A stretch of DNA of 64,000 bases. Origin: a candidate division FCPU426 bacterium (GTDB lineage: Bacteria > Oederibacteriota > Muellerivitia > Muellerivitales > Muellerivitaceae). The DNA is taken from NCBI GenBank assembly GCA_963796105.1, contig CAWCKJ010000004.1:608001-672000 (forward strand). Reading direction: 5' to 3'. Position numbers and translations under genes: made by a program. This document shows positions 33,173 through 42,449 of this stretch, in pieces (positions within the stretch are counted from its first letter, which is position 1; each line of letters starts with the position of its first letter). The notes under the pieces were generated by a model that searched no databases, was not told the origin of the DNA, and was given only the letters and a program-made list of their open reading frames with translations.

Positions 33173-34534
33173 TTACCTGACTTCCATCCTCCGGAGCCGG
33201 CAAACTTTTTCAGCCTCGGGCGACCCCTTTAAAAAAACCGCGAAGTAGCCTGCGTCCCCGTTCCTGAAAGCCTCGGCTGGATAATTGGTCTGGATTCCGC
33301 TGTTAATCGCCCGCGAAATCCAGGTGAGAGACGACCGGATGGCGTCGAGCCTGAAAAAGTCAGGGACCAGGTCAAAGGAGCGGTTCATGTAATCCTTGTA
33401 GGATTTGTATTGGTAGGGCCCCGCGGGTTCCGAGAAGGAGGCCGCGATGGGGGAATGGATATCCAACAGCATCATGTTCCTGATCCCCATTTCCCGGCAA
33501 ACGGCCGCCAGCACGCAGGGCGGGGTGTAGAGGGTCCAGATCACCCCGAAGCGGTGGTGCTTGTCCGTGAATAGGTAGGACCTGGCGACGTCGTCGTAAA
33601 AGGAGCAGAAGGCGTTGGGGAACTCGTCCGGGCCGGGTTTTCCGTTCTCCAGCACCATGAAGCGGTTTTGGACGCAGGTCCTGATTTTCCTCTTATCCTC
33701 CAATTTCCAGTAGGTGCCCAGGGCCATGTGGCCGTCCTCATAAATGGCGCAGGTGGCCATCTCGGGCTGGTTCGTCATGAATTTCCGGAATTCATACCGG
33801 AATCCAGCGTAACGCGTCTGGTCCACCGGCACGCCCCAATTGACCGCGTTGTCCACGTGGTCGAAGGTGCCGTTGATGATTCCCAGGAGCCCTTTGGAGT
33901 CCTGGATCAAGGCATAGTCCATCTTCTTCCCCTTCCGCTCGTCCTGGGTCGCCAGGGCCAGCCATTCCCTCTGCCGGGAGCGGTCTCCTCCCTTGAACTG
34001 CATTTTCCCCGGGTAATAAAGGCATTGGGCCTGCCTCGTGTCGAAGGACAAGTAAAAAACCATGGCCCTGTCCCTCATCATGTCCACATTGTCCAAAAGG
34101 AGCTTTCTGGATTTGGGCCCGAGGAATTTGAAGTCCTTGATGCGTTGAAGGTATTGCCGGAAATACTTTTTCGCCCCCTTGTGATACTTAACCCGGTATC
34201 CGGCGTAGATAGCGGTGGCGGCGGGACTTCCGGCGTTGAAGTCCACCGCGCATGGGGCTGAGAAAGGGAACCCTTTCTTATTTTCCAGTCGCTGTTTAGC
34301 CCAGTCCACGGGAAGAACGAAGGGCCGCTCCTTCCTAGTCAAGCGCCTGGTTTTGGGGAGATGTATTTTCAAAAGACCCTCGTAAAGCCACTCGCCGGCT
34401 TTCCGGTAAAAATACCCGCGGATGACCGATACTTCCCTCCCCTCCGCTTGGCCGGACAGGAAGTGGAAAGGACTAAACAATAAAGCCAAAAGGATCAGGA
34501 TAAGCTTGGAACGGTTATTTAACATGGAGGGCAA
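33173..34534 (-). CDS. Exported protein with a C-terminal phosphodiester-glycosidase (NAGPA)-like region
   Basis: Signal peptide; ATCAIYEDG, QN..LENG, ARS, MGIRNMMLLD pattern. Confidence 0.55.
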   Translation of the reverse strand: MPSMLNNRSKLILILLALLFSPFHFLSGQAEGREVSVIRGYFYRKAGEWLYEGLLKIHLPKTRRLTRKERPFVLPVDWAKQRLENKKGFPFSAPCAVDFNAGSPAATAIYAGYRVKYHKGAKKYFRQYLQRIKDFKFLGPKSRKLLLDNVDMMRDRAMVFYLSFDTRQAQCLYYPGKMQFKGGDRSRQREWLALATQDERKGKKMDYALIQDSKGLLGIINGTFDHVDNAVNWGVPVDQTRYAGFRYEFRKFMTNQPEMATCAIYEDGHMALGTYWKLEDKRKIRTCVQNRFMVLENGKPGPDEFPNAFCSFYDDVARSYLFTDKHHRFGVIWTLYTPPCVLAAVCREMGIRNMMLLDIHSPIAASFSEPAGPYQYKSYKDYMNRSFDLVPDFFRLDAIRSSLTWISRAINSGIQTNYPAEAFRNGDAGYFAVFLKGSPEAEKVCRLRRMEVR

Positions 34535-34856
34535 ATTGCGCCTTCTTTGTATGAATCAATAAAACTGGCAGAAACGCCTTACCACGGGCAATGAAAATCT
34601 TGTTTTGTTATAAGTCCGTTAAACAAAAGCAAGCCACAAGACATATAACGCAACCAAAAAATACTGCGCTAAAACAAGCCAATAAGCCAAAGCGCTGTCT
34701 TTTTTTTAAATTCAGCGAATAATAAAAAAGTTTCTTTTGTTTTTAACCCCAGGGAAAAAAGAGCTAAAAGCAATAACCCCAAGCCCATTTCCAGCATCTC
34801 GCCGATATGGAAGTGATTCATTTTAATTTCATCTCCTGTAATCCAATGCAAGAAGC

Positions 34857-35888
34857 CTAATGAACCGGCAAAAGGCCTTTCATGGAAAGCATAAGCTCAA
34901 TCGTTGACCATCCATTCATTACGATATGGAAAACAATGCAGGTCCACAAGGAGCCGGTTTTCAGGCGCAAATAGGATACGTAAGACCCGAAAATGATTAA
35001 TAAAACGATATAGAAATAATCGTATTGAAGATGTAAATGCGCCCAGAATATAGAAGTGATCAGTGCCGCCTTCACATTGCCGAGTCTTGAGTGCCTCAAA
35101 CCTTCAAAAAGAAAACCACGGAAAAAGACTTCCTCGAAAATCGGGCCCAATAGCACGATGGCGATTAAAAGCATCGCGGGATTACCGCAAGTCACGTAGT
35201 AATCTTTCATTATGGGAGGGACAATTTCTTTTCCCGTGGCAAATATTAAAAAGTCACCGGCTGTACAGCATCCGATGGAAATACCAGCGACGGATAGTGC
35301 TGTTTTCCAACTTATCGGTTTGAGCGACAAGTAATCGGAAAAATTAGCGCCTTTTTTAAGTTTGATGGCAATCCAGACAAGGCTTAAACCAAACAAGCCG
35401 CCCACAATGGTGCATATGCTAAGAACATGTCCATTGGTCGCCAAGCTCTTGAGCTGGTCCATGCTTCCCTGCCCCGCATCCTGATGAAGGCGAGAGACCC
35501 ATATGATTATCAGCGGTGTAAATTGGAAAATCACCCAGCCGATAAAGATTAAAAACCCCAATCCCACGGTCGCCCAAGGGCTCCAAATGATTTTTTGAAC
35601 CGTCTCCGGGAAGTTCCAATACATTAAAAAGGACGGGGATTTGGAACGTATCTCTTCCAGCTTCTCATTCCGAACGTTTCCAGCGGGTTCCCTGTTGTTG
35701 GTTTCTAAAGACTTGCCCTGAGTGAACTCGATGGGCTTCCCGAGACTGGGCATACCCGTGGGAACTTTTTTACCCTTTTCATTTTTTTCTCTTTCAAAAC
35801 GGGCGCGCATCTCCAAAAAGCTTTCATTCCTCGTAAAGGGCACGCTATTCTTTTTCGGTTCTTCTGAATCAGAGCCAAATTTTTTCAT
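34857..35888 (-). CDS. CPBP-family (CAAX/Abi) intramembrane metalloprotease
   Basis: EEVFFRG, FWAHLH, HIVMN. Confidence 0.9.
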   Translation of the reverse strand: MKKFGSDSEEPKKNSVPFTRNESFLEMRARFEREKNEKGKKVPTGMPSLGKPIEFTQGKSLETNNREPAGNVRNEKLEEIRSKSPSFLMYWNFPETVQKIIWSPWATVGLGFLIFIGWVIFQFTPLIIIWVSRLHQDAGQGSMDQLKSLATNGHVLSICTIVGGLFGLSLVWIAIKLKKGANFSDYLSLKPISWKTALSVAGISIGCCTAGDFLIFATGKEIVPPIMKDYYVTCGNPAMLLIAIVLLGPIFEEVFFRGFLFEGLRHSRLGNVKAALITSIFWAHLHLQYDYFYIVLLIIFGSYVSYLRLKTGSLWTCIVFHIVMNGWSTIELMLSMKGLLPVH

Positions 35889-36286
35889 TTGCTTCTCCCT
35901 TCCTCTCCTGTGCTTTTTGGCACCTCATGCACCGGGCGGACTTTCCACAGCCAGATCGTTAAGGCAACCACGAATAGAATGAGGCCAGAGAAAATAATGG
36001 TATCAGTCGTGTTTAAAAAGACGCCGGGAGGCGAGCCCGTGGATATCGCGTAAACATCCTTGAAAATGACATAGAGGTAAAAAGAGCTTCCGAGCAGGAA
36101 AGGAATGAATACCGCGATCCAACCGATATTGGTCGGGTAGAGGTATTGGGCGAGGCAGATGACGGCTGGTACGCAATAAACCAGGAACCCTCCATCCTCA
36201 ATACTCTCATAGGCGAATAAAAGAAAGACGACCCCGCAAAGAAGATAGACCGGGCTTTTTTTGATGCGAATCAGGAATTTTGGCAT
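35885..36286 (-). CDS. Hypothetical membrane protein
   Basis: About four TM segments; ATGA overlap with the CPBP gene. Confidence 0.7.
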   Translation of the reverse strand: MPKFLIRIKKSPVYLLCGVVFLLFAYESIEDGGFLVYCVPAVICLAQYLYPTNIGWIAVFIPFLLGSSFYLYVIFKDVYAISTGSPPGVFLNTTDTIIFSGLILFVVALTIWLWKVRPVHEVPKSTGEEGRSK

Positions 36287-36542
36287 TTTAATATTTCCTT
36301 ATACCCCGCGGACTTCCAGTGAGTTTGAGGCGCTTCTTAACACAGAACTTAAAATTTAAATTGCCAACATTTTACTGCTTGGAGATACGCGGCGGGAAAA
36401 CTTCGAGTAAACACGGAAACTAAATGAGTACTTGGAGGGCAACAAATGAATATGGAAATTTAACGATAGAACTGCCTCAAGCGCGGCTATCAAGGGACGA
36501 CCCTTTGGGTCGCGGTTGGCGCCCTGCCAAGACCCGCGAACC

Positions 36543-36959
36543 TCAGGCGTTGGCCCTTTCCAAGACCCGCTCCGGGTTCCGCCTCTCGGCCGGATAATAC
36601 AACGCTCCATTGAAGTGGTTAATCGCGTCCTCAACCGTATTCATAACGTTCAATAGGCGCGGAAGCTCCAGGATTTCGAAAACCTCTTGAACCTTGTCGT
36701 TGATATGGGTCAGGATCAGGTCCCCGTTGCTATTCTTGAGATGCCGGTTGAAATACAACAATATCCCCATGCCCGCGCTCGAGATATAGTTGAGTTTTTT
36801 CAGGTTGAGGATCAACTTTATCTTCTTGTCCAGGATAAGTTCCTGGATTTTGGACTCGAAATGGCCGACGGTAGAACTGTCCACGGATCCATTCACCTCC
36901 AGGATCACTATCTCGGATAGGGTTGAGTCTTCCCGCGTCGCGAATGACAAGGTATCCAT
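36543..36959 (-). CDS. STAS domain anti-sigma factor antagonist with a C-terminal extension
   Basis: LNLKKLNYISSAGMGIL, VFEILEL; tail AERRNPERVLER. Confidence 0.9.
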   Translation of the reverse strand: MDTLSFATREDSTLSEIVILEVNGSVDSSTVGHFESKIQELILDKKIKLILNLKKLNYISSAGMGILLYFNRHLKNSNGDLILTHINDKVQEVFEILELPRLLNVMNTVEDAINHFNGALYYPAERRNPERVLERANA

Positions 36960-37415
36960 AGCCCATTCCTTTCACCGGCTGATTCTTTTCCAACCAAAGA
37001 GGAAATAACTTGAGGCCCAATAGGGGACATTTGCATAAGAGTTAATGGAGGTTCTTCAGGAAGATGCCCATCCGGTCCGAAGGCCGGGGTGAGCAAGGTA
37101 AGGATAACTTTCCAAGGAAGGCAATCATTGGAAGCGCGGAAAACTTACTGCTGTTATAAATTGTACCACTGAATTTTATTTCCGCGGAACAAGCGAATTT
37201 TTAAACGCGGATAGTGTCAAGAAAAAGTCAGTTCATTTCTTTTCATAAACATTTGGACAAATCCTAAAATTATTAAAAAACAACGTCTCAATAAGTTTCT
37301 TGAAAAACGGATGAGCGCTAAATCTCCTGGCAACAAAAAAATCGGGGGTTATGGGTGAAATAGGCGGGGAAATAATTTTTAATCGGAGAAAAAAATCAGG
37401 AAATATTTTTCAACC

Positions 37416-37637
37416 TTATTTCGTTTTGGGCCCCTTCACTTTCAGCGCGGAGAGCAATGCCTTTTGGGATTTGATGTTCTTGATCTGGAACCCGGAGGGC
37501 TGGAAATTATTTTTCCCATCCACGTAGGAAAACTCTATTTTCAATTCGTTCTTGATCCTCACCACCTGGGCAATGTGCTCAGTATTCACGTAATGCGTGC
37601 AGTTATCCGAACCCAGCAAAGTCACGAACATAGCCAC
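37416..37637 (-). CDS. Small hypothetical protein
   Basis: 73-aa ORF, YVNTEHIAQV pattern. Confidence 0.5.
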   Translation of the reverse strand: MAMFVTLLGSDNCTHYVNTEHIAQVVRIKNELKIEFSYVDGKNNFQPSGFQIKNIKSQKALLSALKVKGPKTK

Positions 37638-37707
37638 TTCCGATTGAATTTTTTGTTATGCGTGATGAAGGGTATACGCTACTAACCTGTCCCCGTCAAT
37701 GAGGCGG

Positions 37708-39411
37708 TTAATGCCCGATCCAGGTGTCCGGGGGACCGTTCCTCCGGTAGGGCGGGATGCCCTTGTCGTAATAGGGGAAGGAATCCACGCCCTTGGAGTC
37801 GTTCTTGTAGGCCGGGTCAAAGACGCCCGGGATCTCGTAATAAAACATGGTCCCTCCCACATTGCCCGTGGGGGGAGTCTTGCCCAGCCAGGGGCTGATC
37901 GCTGTGATGCGCTCCAGGAAAACCGGGTGGTCGTAGAGGAGCGAGGGCTCGTAAACGTAAACCATCCCGGGCTGGGGCTGGACGAAGTCCTGCACCGTCC
38001 ATGGCATCCAATTCAACCCGTAGAAATAGGGGTCCGTCCTCTGCTCGGTAAGCAGTTTCACCATCTTCCATCCCCGCTCCAGGCCCGTCTCGGCGAGCCG
38101 CTTCATGTCCTGCCCCAGGTTCCAGTTGAAGGAATAAAGGAGGCTGGGCTTATTTTGTGCGTCGAGAAGCTCGTTGGCGTAGGCGATGTGATAGGGAAAA
38201 GCGCGGATCACGCTCCCGGCGTGAAACATGAGCAATCCCAACAGCAGGGCCTTCGGCCAGGCCCTGGGAAAATTCCGGCTCTTGCTCCAGAGCCACTGGA
38301 AGGCCCTGGCCGCGATGAGGATCAGGAAGGGATAGCTTGGGAGGGCGTGGCGGATATCCATGCTCTTGTCGAACGCCCAGAAAAGCCCCAGGTAAACAGC
38401 AGGCGGCACCCAGACCCAAGGATAGAAAAAACCTTTTTTCAACAAACCGAGGACTGTCCCCGCCCCCAGGAGGATCAAGAAAGGGATCGTGTTCTTGAAG
38501 AAGAAATGGTAGGGGAAGCAGAGGTAGGAGCCGTCCTTCCAGGCTCTGCCAGCGAAATAAACGAACTGGTCCCCCACTTCCCTCAGTTGTCCGAAATAGG
38601 CGGCCATGTTCAGGTAAAAAACGGTGGTCGGAAGATAGTGCTTGAGGGAGACGAAAGGTCCGGAAAGATAAACTACATTGATGACCACGATGAAACCAGC
38701 CAGGCCTGAGAGCCAGGGGCGTAAACGTTTCCGGAGGCTTTTGAGCCCACCGCCCGCGGTGAGGGCATAGTGGATTTCCATCGCCAGGAGCACCGGCAGG
38801 ATCAGCATTCCGTTGTAGCGGACCGAAGCTGTCAGGGCTGTCAGCATTCCCGCCCAAAAAAAAGGCAACAACTTTTCCTGGGTTTGGACTTTTTTGAAAT
38901 ATAGAACGCAGAGGAAAAACCAGAAGGCCACCGAAAGGTCGGTCTTGGCCGTTCCGCTGAAGGCCAGCAAGGTCGGCTCGAAGGCCCAAAGGGCCAGCGC
39001 CGAGAGGCCCAGGGGCAGGGGCCCGTCCCTTACGGCCCAAAAAAGAAGGAACCCGATCAAGAGCCCGATCACCCAATCCACGCTCCGGCACCAGAGCGTG
39101 ATTTCCCCCAGCTTCCCAGGGTTGTCCATATATAGAAGGCTCAAGGACCTTGGGCGCCAGTCCTGGCTGATGTGCAGGTTGACTTTCAAGTCCATGAACA
39201 TGAGGGGCAGGCCGCAGAGGGCGCCGGGGAGAGTGGTCCCCCCGCCAGTCATCACGTCCCCGAACTTCAGGTAGTAATAGGACGCTGTCAGGTTCCATTC
39301 CTCGTCCATGATGATGGAATCGCCCTTCCAGCGGGGGATGACCTGCAGGCTGAAAGCCAGGGCGCAGAGCAGGAAGCAACTGAGGAGGGTTTTCCGGGAA
39401 TTTTCCATCAC
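37708..39411 (-). CDS. GT-C fold glycosyltransferase (ArnT/PMT, GT39-like)
   Basis: N-terminal loop MDE, AFEPTLLAFSGTAKTD, many TM segments, RHALP, YANE. Confidence 0.8.
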   Translation of the reverse strand: MMENSRKTLLSCFLLCALAFSLQVIPRWKGDSIIMDEEWNLTASYYYLKFGDVMTGGGTTLPGALCGLPLMFMDLKVNLHISQDWRPRSLSLLYMDNPGKLGEITLWCRSVDWVIGLLIGFLLFWAVRDGPLPLGLSALALWAFEPTLLAFSGTAKTDLSVAFWFFLCVLYFKKVQTQEKLLPFFWAGMLTALTASVRYNGMLILPVLLAMEIHYALTAGGGLKSLRKRLRPWLSGLAGFIVVINVVYLSGPFVSLKHYLPTTVFYLNMAAYFGQLREVGDQFVYFAGRAWKDGSYLCFPYHFFFKNTIPFLILLGAGTVLGLLKKGFFYPWVWVPPAVYLGLFWAFDKSMDIRHALPSYPFLILIAARAFQWLWSKSRNFPRAWPKALLLGLLMFHAGSVIRAFPYHIAYANELLDAQNKPSLLYSFNWNLGQDMKRLAETGLERGWKMVKLLTEQRTDPYFYGLNWMPWTVQDFVQPQPGMVYVYEPSLLYDHPVFLERITAISPWLGKTPPTGNVGGTMFYYEIPGVFDPAYKNDSKGVDSFPYYDKGIPPYRRNGPPDTWIGH

Positions 39412-39493
39412 CGGATTATAACCAAGGGATTCGGCGCCACCAAGTTCGCTCAGGGTTGAAAAGAGGACTGGGTGTGGGGGGGATTTCCGATCG

Positions 39494-40479
39494 CATGCTT
39501 CTGTATTAAGTGACCCTTGAAATAAAGGAATACATAGGTATACTGTCCGCTACGGGAGGTGGTACATGAGCTACCAGCGGATGAAAAGCATTAAAATTCT
39601 GAGGAAAATCCACACGGAAGAAGAAGCCCGCCAATGGGTGTGGAGATGCCGTTTCGGCGGGAAAGACTTTGTTTGTCCCCAATGTGAGGGCGAAAGCTTC
39701 TGGCAACACCAGGCCAAGCCTGAAGTGAGGGAATGTGACTATTGCCGGAAACGTCTTCGGCTTCGCGCCGGGACGATTTTTGAAAGCTCCAAGCTGCCTC
39801 TTTTAACCTGGGTCAGGGCCATCAGTTTGATGATGCAGGGCAAACGGGGTATTTCGGCCCTGGAACTGAAGCGGCATTTAAATCTTTCGGATCATTCGGC
39901 ATGGCTTCTATTGCATAAGATCCGGGAAGGTCTTAGGCAAAAGGACGAAAGCTATACTCTAAAGGGCGTCATTGAGTTGGATGGGGCGGTTTTTGGGAAA
40001 AAGGCCAAGGAAAACCAAGTGGAAGTCTTGGTGGCGGTGGAAAGCAAGGAATGGGTGGATGAGAATGGTTGCAAGAAGGAAAAAGCGGGTTTTGCCAAGG
40101 TGAAGGTAGCTATGGAAACCAAGTGGGAGAGCCAGGAATTCGTGAATCAGACTATGGAAAAAGGCTCTTTCCTCAACACAGATGCTTCGCCAGCCTTGCG
40201 TGAACTCAAAGGAGTGGAGGCAGACTACCGGGTGATGGCCAATGACCCGAAAGAGTTGGAAAGTTGGTTGCCCTGGGTACACCGGTTCATTTCCAACGCC
40301 AAGGCCTGGATCATTGGAACTCATCATGGCGTTGATGCTAAGTATTTAGGCCGGTATCTAAGTGAATATGCCTATCGGTTCAACCGTCGTCATGATCCCG
40401 ATTCCTTATTTCACCGTGCTTTGACCGCATGTGCCTTAGCAAAACCCATTACAGCACGGTCACTTTGTGCATAAACATA
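39494..40479 (+). mobile_element. IS1595-family insertion sequence, copy 2
   Basis: 8-bp TSD TCCGATCG at 39486-39493 and 40480-40487; imperfect 22-bp TIR ending AAGTGACC; internal TTGAAA-N16-TATACT promoter shared with copy 1. Confidence 0.9.
39566..40474 (+). CDS. IS1595-family DDE transposase
   Basis: Clear paralog of the 27950 transposase; same motifs. Confidence 0.93.
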   Translation: MSYQRMKSIKILRKIHTEEEARQWVWRCRFGGKDFVCPQCEGESFWQHQAKPEVRECDYCRKRLRLRAGTIFESSKLPLLTWVRAISLMMQGKRGISALELKRHLNLSDHSAWLLLHKIREGLRQKDESYTLKGVIELDGAVFGKKAKENQVEVLVAVESKEWVDENGCKKEKAGFAKVKVAMETKWESQEFVNQTMEKGSFLNTDASPALRELKGVEADYRVMANDPKELESWLPWVHRFISNAKAWIIGTHHGVDAKYLGRYLSEYAYRFNRRHDPDSLFHRALTACALAKPITARSLCA

Positions 40480-40528
40480 TCCGATCGAGATTGACCTTTT
40501 CATGAAGGGTCCAATCCAGGGTCAACCT

Positions 40529-40906
40529 CTATTTTAAATAACCAAACACGATGTGAAATCCATTGCAATCTTCTATAAGGACTTCTCTTGTCCCATACTT
40601 CGTGTCGAGGGGACCGCGTGCGATTTTTACGTTTTTGGATTTAAGCTCTTCGGCCATGCCATCAACATCTTCAACCGCCAAAAACGCGTCATAACCCGTT
40701 CCGTGGACCGACCGGTTCGTTACGGCCAATCCCTTGGGAGACCTCACGAGGATGATTTCTACGGGGTCTCGATAGACCGGGACAAAGGGCTCGGGGCCAA
40801 ACCCTGCCCTCCCAATCCTGAAACCCAATTGATCCCGATAAAATTCCGCGGTTTTCTTTTCATCCGGAACCACGAAAACTGGTGCGATATTGGATATTTT
40901 AATCAT
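40529..40906 (-). CDS. VOC/glyoxalase family protein
   Basis: FYRDQLGF, VEDVD, YGTREVLIEDCNG. Confidence 0.88.
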   Translation of the reverse strand: MIKISNIAPVFVVPDEKKTAEFYRDQLGFRIGRAGFGPEPFVPVYRDPVEIILVRSPKGLAVTNRSVHGTGYDAFLAVEDVDGMAEELKSKNVKIARGPLDTKYGTREVLIEDCNGFHIVFGYLK

Positions 40907-40979
40907 TCGCGCCTCCAGCCATGACCCTCTCGCGAACAAGTCATTAATTCAACACTTAAAATTCGCAATTCAGCGGTCA

Positions 40980-41627
40980 TCAACCTTTTGGTTTGAAGAA
41001 TCTTAACGTCTTTAAAACGGCTTTTTCTGAATCGAATTGATCTTTTGTCACTTGCCTAATGCCGGCAAAATCAGTGGGGTAGGTCAGCAGGTATTCGTCG
41101 ATTTCAACCCAGCGGTTTTTCCCCCGATAAAAAAAATACTTGATTTCCTCATTGCCGCTGACGCAAATGACTTTCTCGCCGCAGAGTTTAAAGATTTTCG
41201 CGGTCGGAAACGCCTTGGTCCTCGCGCCAAAAGGCAAATGAACCGCCTGGTATAAATCCTTCATCGAGTACTCGAAAGGCAGCCCAACGAAACAATTTCC
41301 TTTCGTAAAATTATTGTTCCATTTATTGACGGTGTCATCCGTGAAAGTATAAATCGTCATCATGTACTTTCCGCAGGTGGTCGGAAGCTCGATTTCCTCC
41401 TCGGCGTACGCGTTTTGCTGCTGATGGGGGGGCACAATATTTTCTCCCGATGGATAATTGATCGAAAAACCGTATTTTCCATTCAAGAGGGTTTTCCACG
41501 TGGCGATGGCGTCGGGGTTTGTTAAATAATACCCCCCCTCTTGGGGCGGGTCGCAAAAGGCCAATGGGAATGGAAATACCAACAGGCTGGCCCAAAACAA
41601 AAACAAACAATTAAATGTGATTTTCAT
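40980..41627 (-). CDS. Secreted hypothetical protein
   Basis: Signal-like N-terminus from MKITFN; WKT..N.KYGFSINYP motif. Confidence 0.7.
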   Translation of the reverse strand: MKITFNCLFLFWASLLVFPFPLAFCDPPQEGGYYLTNPDAIATWKTLLNGKYGFSINYPSGENIVPPHQQQNAYAEEEIELPTTCGKYMMTIYTFTDDTVNKWNNNFTKGNCFVGLPFEYSMKDLYQAVHLPFGARTKAFPTAKIFKLCGEKVICVSGNEEIKYFFYRGKNRWVEIDEYLLTYPTDFAGIRQVTKDQFDSEKAVLKTLRFFKPKG

Positions 41628-41684
41628 GGAAGATCCAAACAAAACCTTTCTTACCTTGTCCACGCTTGCTCCCGGCCAAGGGTC

Positions 41685-41996
41685 TTATAAACCCAAGGCA
41701 AAAAAGAGGGCCTGCCGCACTTCCGACAGCTTTGAGGGGGGCAGTGTGGTGATGAGCCCGCCCAATTTCGCCTTCGGTACGGTCTGTATATGGTCGCAAT
41801 TGACGGCGCAATTCCTGGTCAAGCCGTCGTTTTGTCCCAATGGAACCTCACTTGGAATATTCCGTACGGTGGAAGTGAGGGGCGCTACCGTGACCTCAGC
41901 CAGGTATTCGATGATTGAATCCCGGGTCAGGATCAATACCGGGCGTTTCTTATCCGGGCGGGTGAATTGATACCAGCGAACCTCGCCCCGCTTCAT
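41685..41996 (-). CDS. mazF: PemK/MazF-family endoribonuclease toxin
   Basis: MKRGEVRW, KKRPVLIL, VAPLTS, NCDHIQTV. Confidence 0.92.
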   Translation of the reverse strand: MKRGEVRWYQFTRPDKKRPVLILTRDSIIEYLAEVTVAPLTSTVRNIPSEVPLGQNDGLTRNCAVNCDHIQTVPKAKLGGLITTLPPSKLSEVRQALFFALGL

Positions 41997-42226
41997 TCAT
42001 CGCCCCAGGCTTGTTCCTTCTCCCAAACCCCGGCTTCTTCCCTTGTGACCGGATGGGCCTTGTAGCCTTGACGATGCTGATCTTCCAATTGTCTCGTTTT
42101 CAGGTTGCGAAGCGCTTCCTTGAGGGCTGACCGGGTGAAAGCCGATCTGGTTGTCTTCAATCTCTTGGCGGCCTGATCCACCGACTTGACCAGGTCATTC
42201 TCCAACGTCATTTGAACCGTTCTCAT
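41993..42226 (-). CDS. Ribbon-helix-helix antitoxin (MazE/NdoAI-like)
   Basis: TVQMTL..DL...VD..A...TTRSAF.R.AL; ATGA overlap with the toxin. Confidence 0.88.
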   Translation of the reverse strand: MRTVQMTLENDLVKSVDQAAKRLKTTRSAFTRSALKEALRNLKTRQLEDQHRQGYKAHPVTREEAGVWEKEQAWGDE

Positions 42227-42239
42227 GCCGTTCTCCTTC

Positions 42240-42289
42240 AATAGCTATTACAATAGCTATGATTATATACATTTTAAAAATGTTTTCAA
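42240..42289 (-). promoter_or_regulatory. Sigma70 promoter and probable operator of the TA operon
   Basis: TTGAAA-N16-TATAAT followed by two ATAGCTAT palindromes. Confidence 0.65.
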
Positions 42290-42449
42290 GTATGGAGGCC
42301 AGTCCAATCACACTGAACTTCCCGAAAACCTGTTCCAATATCTTAAAAGCGCGTTTCCCCAGCGTATATTAAAACATGTTCCACAGGGTTTCCGGGCGTA
42401 TGAAATAACCTGATATAATATGACCTAAATCCTCGCCAACGGGTCAGAC

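Noticed and set aside
34669..34851. 60-aa hydrophobic ORF downstream of the CPBP gene
   Set aside because: Short, AT-rich, no recognisable motif; could be a small membrane protein or remnant but cannot be supported
37699..39379. Long overlapping ORFs 37699..38709 (+) and 38150..39379 (-)
   Set aside because: GC-rich alternative-frame shadows of the glycosyltransferase gene
27945..40479. Composite transposon formed by the two inverted IS1595 copies
   Set aside because: Each copy has its own distinct 8-bp TSD, and their TIRs and transposases have diverged, so they are independent insertions
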